A stretch of DNA of 64,000 nt from Planctomycetota bacterium (GTDB lineage Bacteria; Planctomycetota; Planctomycetia; Pirellulales; Pirellulaceae), in contig JANOFL010000142.1 in the NCBI GenBank assembly GCA_031405895.1, positions 202-64,201 of the forward strand, given 5' to 3'. The notes beneath the pieces were generated by a model. The model had not been told where the DNA came from and searched no databases. It worked only from the letters and a program-made list of their open reading frames with translations. The position numbers were made by a program, and so were the translations under genes. Below are positions 28,331 through 34,583 of this stretch, piece after piece; the stretch's first letter is position 1, and every line of letters starts with the position of its first letter.

Positions 28331-29608
28331 ATGATCGCACTTTTCCGGACCCCGACCGCCACGTGCCGGGCCATTGGCGGGCTCCTGCTGATTTTGCTCG
28401 CGGCGCACTGCCCGGTTAACGTCATTGGCCTCGCACCGAGGGCGTTGGCCCGGCCTGCCCAAGAAGTGTCGGTCACCGGTACATGCCTCGACGAAGCCGG
28501 TCAGCCGCTCGCCGGGGTCATCGTGTCGCTGTACCACGAGGACTTCAAGGCAACGAAACACGAGAAGTGCGACACCTGCGAAACGGGGGACGATGGCCAG
28601 TTCGAGTTTTTTGACGCCCCTGAACTTGCCGAGGACTGCGGGCTCGGTGTGGCCTTCACCAAAACCGGCTGTGGGTCAATTATCAGGTCACTGTACCCCC
28701 ACTTTTTAAAGAAGCCACTTGAGGTCCAGTTCCGCCCTGCGGAAACCCTTCAGGGGCGGCTGACCGATGAAGCCGGCAGGCCGGTAGCCGGCGTTCGCGT
28801 TTGGTGCCACCAGTTTCGCACCGGGCCGCTTGAGGGCGTTTCCAACGCTGTGAGCGACGCCGATGGCAAGTACGCGATCACCGACATCGGCCGATGGACC
28901 GATGAGGATGCTTGGCCGAATACGGGAAAATTTTTCTTCGACGTGCACCACCCGGACTATGCACACGAGCGACCAACGTGGGAACGGATTCCGACGACTG
29001 TGGACGTTGTCCTACACCCGGGCGGAATTATCGAGGGCAAGGTGACCGATCTGGTGACCGGCAAACCGGCCGCCGGGGTGAGGGTGTCGCTACAGGGAAT
29101 TAAGGGGCTGCCCATGTGGGACGAAGCCCTGACCGGCCCGGACGGTAAGTATCAGATTCGCTGCCTGAAAGCCGGCCAATACAACCTATGGGCTGAAACC
29201 GCCGACCGCGCATGCGCTGCCATCGATTCACTTAGCGTCGGCGTTGGCAAAACCTTGGACAGCCAGGACCTGACCCTGGTCGAGGGCGGGTGGATTGAAG
29301 GCCGCGTGTTGGACGCGACGACCGGAGAGCCGATCACTGGTACGCCGGACCAGCCGCTGCATGTGGCCTGCTACGGGCCAGGGCGGCCGAAGTCCGGGTC
29401 GGCTTGCCAGTCGGCTACGGTGGACGAGATGGGGCAGTTTCGGCTGCGCGTAGCGCCCGGACTGAACTACCCGTACGTCATGTCTCCCGATCTCTGGTCG
29501 CGGACAGAGGGCCGGGACGCCTTCCAGGCGGGGATGGAGGTGAATGAGGGTATGTCGACCAAGATGGACTTCCGTGTCGTTCCGGCCCCGCTAGGTCCGG
29601 CGTACTAG
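28331..29608 (+). CDS. Secreted protein with four carboxypeptidase-regulatory-like (CarboxypepD_reg) domains
   Basis: Signal peptide (IGGLLLILLAAHCPV), then a repeated module: GTCLDEAGQPLAGVIVSLY, GRLTDEAGRPVAGVRVWC, GKVTDLVTGKPAAGVRVSLQ, GRVLDATTGEPITG, each followed by a DG.(Y/F) motif. Confidence 0.75.
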   Translation: MIALFRTPTATCRAIGGLLLILLAAHCPVNVIGLAPRALARPAQEVSVTGTCLDEAGQPLAGVIVSLYHEDFKATKHEKCDTCETGDDGQFEFFDAPELAEDCGLGVAFTKTGCGSIIRSLYPHFLKKPLEVQFRPAETLQGRLTDEAGRPVAGVRVWCHQFRTGPLEGVSNAVSDADGKYAITDIGRWTDEDAWPNTGKFFFDVHHPDYAHERPTWERIPTTVDVVLHPGGIIEGKVTDLVTGKPAAGVRVSLQGIKGLPMWDEALTGPDGKYQIRCLKAGQYNLWAETADRACAAIDSLSVGVGKTLDSQDLTLVEGGWIEGRVLDATTGEPITGTPDQPLHVACYGPGRPKSGSACQSATVDEMGQFRLRVAPGLNYPYVMSPDLWSRTEGRDAFQAGMEVNEGMSTKMDFRVVPAPLGPAY

Positions 29609-29621
29609 GTATTGTAACTGA

Positions 29622-29673
29622 CCGCGGCGGCACGACGGGAAAACAGAGTTCAGAGCATCAACTGCCGCCGCGG
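29622..29673 (+). other. Inverted repeat (11-bp arms, 30-nt loop) in the gap before the RelA/SpoT-HEPN gene
   Basis: ccgcggcggca (29622-29632) and tgccgccgcgg (29663-29673) are perfect complements. This could be a terminator of the upstream gene or a leader structure; there is no T-run. Confidence 0.4.
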
Positions 29674-29708
29674 CAGGCGAATTCAACTGTTAGACCCACG
29701 AATTGATT

Positions 29709-31028
29709 ATGGGGGCCATCGACGAGTTTATCGGTCGGTACCGCAAGGAATACGACTTCTACGATCAGGCAGCGCGCCTAGTCGCCCAACTCCTTGAGGC
29801 TCGCCTCCAAGCCTCCGGCGTTCGAGCGATGGTAACTTTTCGTGCAAAGACCATCGGCAAGCTCGAGAGCAAGGTGCGAGATCGAGAAAAGCGCAAGAGT
29901 TATTTGACGGTCGACGATATCTACTCGGACATTCCTGATCTGGCCGGTGCACGGGTCGCGTTGTATTTCCCGGCACAGCGGAACCAGGTCGAGTTGCTCA
30001 TCAACGAGAGTTTCGTCATGGTCAAGACGAAGTCGTTTCCAGACGGGACAACTTCCGCTTACCCAAAGCGATTCTCGGGGTATTCTGCTACCCACTATAG
30101 GGTGCGGCTACGTGAGAGCGCGTTGGTCGATTCGCAGAAGCGGTATGCGGAAGCGCCAGTTGAAATTCAGGTCGCGTCGGTCCTGATGCATGCTTGGTCA
30201 GAGGTGGAACACGATCTTGTATACAAACCCTACCAAGGCACCTTGTCGGAAGACGAGTACGCGATCTTGGACGAGCTGAATGGGATGGTCATGGCTGGCG
30301 AGATCGCTCTTGAGCGTCTCCAGAGAGCGGGCGATGCACGCGTCGCTGCTCGCGGGCGGGTGTTCGCGAACCACTACGAACTCGCCGCACACCTTCTAAG
30401 CGTCTTACGCGGCTTCGCTGAGCCCGACGTCCTGAAGGCCGGATTGGGCCGGGTTGATCTGCTGTTCGACCTGCTCGCTCGACTGGTACTGGGTACACCA
30501 GAAGCCATCGATCGTTATTTGGAAGCCCTTCATCCGGACTTGGAGCGCCGCCCGATCGCCGATCAGATCGTGGATCAAGTGCTGTCAGAGGACGCCGGGC
30601 GCTATCAGACCTACGAGGCGATCCGCGCGGCCCGACCGTCTCCGGACGTTGCGGCAGCAGCGATTGAACCCCTTCAGCCCGACGTCCATGAGGCAATGGG
30701 TGAGTTCCTGAGCGCTTGGATCGAGTTCGAACGGCTGACACGAGAGATGGTTCCCCCCGATGCACGTCAGCGAGGACCCATAATACCGACACTAAGAGTT
30801 CTGTCTTCGCTTGCCAATCTTGATGACGACACCCGTTTCCAGTTTGAGCGACTACGCAGGATGCGGAACCAGCTAGTGCACGGAATCGAAATACCTGACC
30901 CAAGGGATCTGCGGGAAGCCGCGCGGCAACTCGATGGAATTCGGAATCGCCTATTCCCTCAGCCACCGGGGTCTAAACAGCCGATGCAGCCGACCGGATT
31001 CGCCGACGGCGGAGCTTTAGGCCTTTAG
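29709..31028 (+). CDS. RelA/SpoT-type nucleotidyltransferase (small-alarmone-synthetase-like) fused to a C-terminal HEPN-like domain
   Basis: N-terminal ~185 aa carry every RelA_SpoT synthetase motif: FRAKTIGKLESKV, DLAGARV, GYSATHY, EIQVASVLMHAWSEVEHDLVYK. The C-terminal ~110 aa read EFLSAWIEFERLTRE...FERLRRMRNQLVHG, with R-x4-H at nt 30864-30881. No hydrolase (HD) domain and no signal peptide. The first ATG is at 29709 (the track starts at TTG 29703). Confidence 0.8.
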   Translation: MGAIDEFIGRYRKEYDFYDQAARLVAQLLEARLQASGVRAMVTFRAKTIGKLESKVRDREKRKSYLTVDDIYSDIPDLAGARVALYFPAQRNQVELLINESFVMVKTKSFPDGTTSAYPKRFSGYSATHYRVRLRESALVDSQKRYAEAPVEIQVASVLMHAWSEVEHDLVYKPYQGTLSEDEYAILDELNGMVMAGEIALERLQRAGDARVAARGRVFANHYELAAHLLSVLRGFAEPDVLKAGLGRVDLLFDLLARLVLGTPEAIDRYLEALHPDLERRPIADQIVDQVLSEDAGRYQTYEAIRAARPSPDVAAAAIEPLQPDVHEAMGEFLSAWIEFERLTREMVPPDARQRGPIIPTLRVLSSLANLDDDTRFQFERLRRMRNQLVHGIEIPDPRDLREAARQLDGIRNRLFPQPPGSKQPMQPTGFADGGALGL

Positions 31029-31194
31029 GGAATTCACAGCAGTGACTAGCGATCAGTAATTTGATGACGTACAAGGGCGACTAACCATTGGCCCGTTTGT
31101 CGACACGGTCGTTGAATTTCTAACTCGTGGGCGGCGGTGCCTCGGATTGGCTCTGTTTGGCCCCGCCCCGTGTTTTCAAGGCCTTTGGCCGGCG

Positions 31195-31420
31195 GGAGTG
31201 ATTCCCCATTCGCGGGGAACGGCCGCCGATCCGGGTGGCACGAGTCGCTGGTGGGGGGAGCCGTTCCATCCTTGGGGGGAACCATTGCCGCCTTGGGGGG
31301 AACGGCCGCCGATTGGGGTGGCGCGGTCCGCTGGTGGGGGAAACGGTTCCCGCCGCGGAGGGAATGACCTCCAATTCGCGGGGAATGATGGCCCCTGGTG
31401 GGAATGGCTTGGGATGGCTT
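31195..31420. repeat. G-rich tandem repeat (two 54-bp cores 83 bp apart plus a partial third unit) in a convergent intergenic gap
   Basis: 31214-31267 (ggggaacggccgccgatccgggtggcacgagtcgctggtggggggagccgttcc) matches 31297-31350 (ggggaacggccgccgattggggtggcgcggtccgctggtgggggaaacggttcc). attcgcggggaa recurs at 31207 and 31374. ccttggggggaac occurs at 31271 and 31291. More than ten G3-G6 runs lie on the + strand. Confidence 0.75.
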
Positions 31421-31425
31421 GCCCG

Positions 31426-31905
31426 TCAGGAGCTGGCGTGCGTCTGCGCGGCTTGCGCGAAAACGATTTCGCCGACTTCGGCCTCGAGCTCTTCCGGCAG
31501 GTCGGGAGGCGAAGCGAATTGCCATTCGACGGCAGGTGCCGTGTAACCTGTGCCTGCGGAAGCACGGGATCGCTGGCGGGACTTGAGTGGCACGCCGAAG
31601 ACCCTTGCAAAATCGTCTGTCGAGCCTTCAATGGCGATTCCCGACAGACTGGAACGGGCGACATGAAGGCCCAGTTTCCGGAGTGCCTTGGACACCCGTT
31701 CCACCCGTGGCTGGTCGACTGCAATCGCAGCCTGGCCACGTTCGGGGGAACGGGCGGAAGTTTTGCTGATCCGTTGGGCGTTGCCGGAGAACGTCACATA
31801 GGCGCGGACCGTCGATGGCTGGCGCTTGCCTTTCGTCGCGGCAGGCTTTGCTTTCCTGGCTGGTTTCGCGGTCTTTTCTCCGCCAACCGGCTTGCGCTTC
31901 GCCAT
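31426..31905 (-). CDS. Stand-alone protease-prodomain-like protein with Lys/Ala/Pro-rich basic N-terminal tail
   Basis: MAKRKPVGGEKTAKPARKAKPAATKGKRQPS, then VRAYVTF...RVERVSKALRKLGLHVARSSLSGIAIEGSTDDFARVFGV. This aligns with residues ~53-130 of the adjacent subtilase (IVAYVSP...RVTTAARNKLEAMGFQIERVSQLSIRVSGPAKLFQQKMGV) and has the look of a pro-kumamolisin/I9-type activation domain. It lies 35 nt downstream of the S8 gene on the same strand. Confidence 0.7.
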   Translation of the reverse strand: MAKRKPVGGEKTAKPARKAKPAATKGKRQPSTVRAYVTFSGNAQRISKTSARSPERGQAAIAVDQPRVERVSKALRKLGLHVARSSLSGIAIEGSTDDFARVFGVPLKSRQRSRASAGTGYTAPAVEWQFASPPDLPEELEAEVGEIVFAQAAQTHASS

Positions 31906-31940
31906 GTTTCGAACAGGCTCTCAATCGGTGGATGAATCGG

Positions 31941-33503
31941 TCAATGGCATGCCGCGGCCGCGTCGACCAGACCGAATCCGGTGGCCAGGTCACGACCGGG
32001 ACCAGCCGGATCACCCATGCTGCTCTGGCCCTTTTTCACGTCGCGACAGGAGGTTTCAAGCCGCTTTCGGACTTGGGCCAGAGTCAGGTTGGGGTGTTTC
32101 GACAGCATCAATGCTACGACTCCCGCGATCATCGGACAAGCCGCGCTGGTGCCGCTGAACACTCCCCAGCCATCGTTCTTTTTCGTTTCGTCGCCGTTGG
32201 GCCAGGTTCCCCCGGCGAGATTCTTGTCCAGCTCGCAGCCGGGCGGAATGGGCAAAGCGATGTACTTCGCGCCGGGTTGCATCCCGCACAGTCCGCAGAC
32301 ATCCGGAACTTGCCGGCCGGGGAACCGGAAGCTGTTGAAACTGCTGGCGTAGTCCGAAGCTTCCAGTTTGCCGTCCTGCCTCTGATGAACGCCGCCCACG
32401 CTGATCACATCCGGGCAGCTCGCTGTCGCCGACATGTGGCCATTGCCCGCGGAAAAGAGCACGATCATGCCGGCTTGGGCGCAGAGGCCGATTTCAGCGA
32501 GTACCAGCGACCAATAGGGATCCCAGGTGCTGAACGGACCATCGGTGGGGCTCGCCGATCCCCAGCTGTTGCTGACGATCTTGACTTTGAGGTCATCGCG
32601 CGCGATCTGGAACGCCGCGACGGCATCGTCCATCTTGAGCCCATGCAGTTTGACTTTGGGCGCGATCGCCAGCAGGTTGGCGCTCTCGCCTGTGCCGTGT
32701 CCATTGGAGTCGGTGTCGTTCGGCGATGGCGCGCTGAGTGAAAAGCCCTTGCCCTTGAACCACGGATGCGACCAGTCGAAGCCGCTGTCGATCATCGCGG
32801 CCTTGACTCCCTGGCCACGTTTGCCCGACGCATGGACCGGCCCGGCATTCAGGATCGCGACGAGGTCGTCGGGGACATTGAGATGGAAGTAGTTCAGGCT
32901 GGGCGGCGTGGGAGACGGGCCGCTGGCTGCCGCCGGTGCCGCCCGGCGTGACGCTTTCCGTGTCGGCCGGCGGGCCGGCCGAGCGGACGCCGCCGTTTTT
33001 TTCTTCGCGTGCCACTCGATGGGTTGGGGAAACGCCGCGCCCTCCAGCACCTCGGAGCCAAGGTTCAGCGCGTTCATTGCGCTTTCAGCCGTTGGCAGAT
33101 ACATCGCCGAGGTGTCCTTCTCGAACTTGACGCCCATCTTCTGCTGGAAGAGCTTCGCCGGCCCGGAAACCCGGATGCTGAGCTGGGAGACGCGCTCGAT
33201 CTGGAAACCCATCGCCTCGAGCTTGTTCCGCGCCGCGGTTGTCACCCGCTTTTCCGACCGGAATGCCGACACATTCGCCGCCGCCAGATTGGCCGCCGGA
33301 TCAAACAGGCTTTGTCCGCCGAGCGAACGGGGCGAGACATAGGCCACGATGTGGTCTTTGGAAGTGTTGGTCATGGGAGCATGGCCAGAGGAAGTCCCAC
33401 TGGATCCTGCCTTCCCTTTGGGGGACGCCGAGCGCTTGCGTTTGGGGGACGCGGAACGCTTGCGTTTGGGGGACGCCGAAGCCTTGCGTAATTGGGCAGC
33501 CAT
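31941..33503 (-). CDS. Subtilisin-family (S8) serine peptidase without signal peptide, with SPKK-like basic N-terminal repeats and an internal prodomain
   Basis: Catalytic triad contexts MIDSGFD, NGHGTGESA and SGTSAACPMIAGVVAL, plus oxyanion SAGNG. The N-terminus is MAAQLRKASASPKRKRSASPKRKRSASPKGK, with a second basic linker KKKTAASARPARRPTRKASRRAAP. The first ATG is at 33503 (the track starts at TTG 33509). Confidence 0.85.
   Translation of the reverse strand: MAAQLRKASASPKRKRSASPKRKRSASPKGKAGSSGTSSGHAPMTNTSKDHIVAYVSPRSLGGQSLFDPAANLAAANVSAFRSEKRVTTAARNKLEAMGFQIERVSQLSIRVSGPAKLFQQKMGVKFEKDTSAMYLPTAESAMNALNLGSEVLEGAAFPQPIEWHAKKKTAASARPARRPTRKASRRAAPAAASGPSPTPPSLNYFHLNVPDDLVAILNAGPVHASGKRGQGVKAAMIDSGFDWSHPWFKGKGFSLSAPSPNDTDSNGHGTGESANLLAIAPKVKLHGLKMDDAVAAFQIARDDLKVKIVSNSWGSASPTDGPFSTWDPYWSLVLAEIGLCAQAGMIVLFSAGNGHMSATASCPDVISVGGVHQRQDGKLEASDYASSFNSFRFPGRQVPDVCGLCGMQPGAKYIALPIPPGCELDKNLAGGTWPNGDETKKNDGWGVFSGTSAACPMIAGVVALMLSKHPNLTLAQVRKRLETSCRDVKKGQSSMGDPAGPGRDLATGFGLVDAAAACH
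33417..33488. repeat. 3 x 24-bp perfect-phase tandem repeat encoding (RKRSASPK)n
   Basis: tttgggggacgccgagcgcttgcg / tttgggggacgcggaacgcttgcg / tttgggggacgccgaagccttgcg, inside the 5' end of the S8 gene. Confidence 0.85.
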
Positions 33504-34089
33504 GTTCAAGACCTTTCAGAAAAACCGGGAACGAAGTTGAGGCCGGCAATGCTCACATCCGGCGTTACGGTATTCAAGCATGCTCCCCCTTGAACTTGAG
33601 TGCCCGACCGCGCAATCTGCCCCCGGCCGCGACACGGGTTTGAAGCCAGCCGTTAGCGGAGTGGCCGCGACCTGAAATTCCCGAAACGCGGGGAGCCGTT
33701 TCGCCCAACCACGACACTTCTTGCTGCCGTGTTCACGAAACGGCAACGCTCCATCAAACGGCAGAACTGGCCGCAACGCATGCGGGTTCACCAGTCGCAA
33801 TCAGTCCGCAGGGCAAGTCCCTGGTTCTCTGGACTGGTCGACATGGCGTCGTCAACTTCGGCGACTGGACCGACCAGCTTGGGATTGTTGGCGGCCGGCT
33901 GCAGCGCTGCGACCGGGCCGAGTCGCTGGATTCACTTCGGAAGGGGGACGAATGGAGGACACCGGCAAATCCGGAGTTACCTGAAGACGCGCCAGTTCTG
34001 GATGAAGTCCGCGCGGAAATTGTTTCGATGCCTGGAAGTGACTGATCCCGCGCCAGCACAGCCGTGCAGTCAACCAGGGCCAGTGGCGC

Positions 34090-34216
34090 ATTTTGAAGTT
34101 GCGCTTTGTGGTTTTTGCCGCAGAAATACCAGCCCGCAGCGCAAGCAGGGACCGCCCCAGGGCTGCTTGTCCCTTGCTTGCGCTGCGGGCTGGTATCGAA
34201 ACCGCAACTTCAAAAG
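34090..34216. repeat. MITE-like nested palindrome built from family E arms
   Basis: Outer arms are ttttgaagttgcg (34091-34103) and cgcaacttcaaaa (34203-34215). Inner arms are ataccagcccgcagcgcaagcaggga and tcccttgcttgcgctgcgggctggtat. Confidence 0.8.
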
Positions 34217-34583
34217 TGGAGCATGGGCGCCAATTGCTTGCCTCAACGCTTTCGCCGCGGTAGCGTGTTGAACTCCACGCGACTGCCTCCGTGGACAAGA
34301 GTTGCCTTGTTTCGCTCCGTTCCGGACCAACGATCTGGTGTTCGAAACGCGAAGCCCCTTCCGCTGTGCTGAACATCCGTACCCGCCGGCCGTAATGGTC
34401 GTGCCGGACGGCTTCGTTCAGACAGTGTTTCCCGGGCGAAGCTGACTTGTTGCAGAAAAAAACCGGACGGACGCCAGCAGTTTGGGCCAGGCTTGCAGCA
34501 GGTGCATGGCGTTGACCGCTTCCCGTCCGCCCGATTGGCCCGAGCCATCGGGACGAACAGACTCTTGAAACGAGGAACCAGCG

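Noticed and set aside
31046-31525. Pro/Arg-rich ORFs on the minus strand across the G-rich repeat (31046-31525, 31120-31374, 31176-31739) as real proline-rich proteins
   Set aside because: All three frames are open simultaneously. The peptide repeats simply mirror the DNA repeat, and there is no start context. I treated the region as non-coding repeat DNA.
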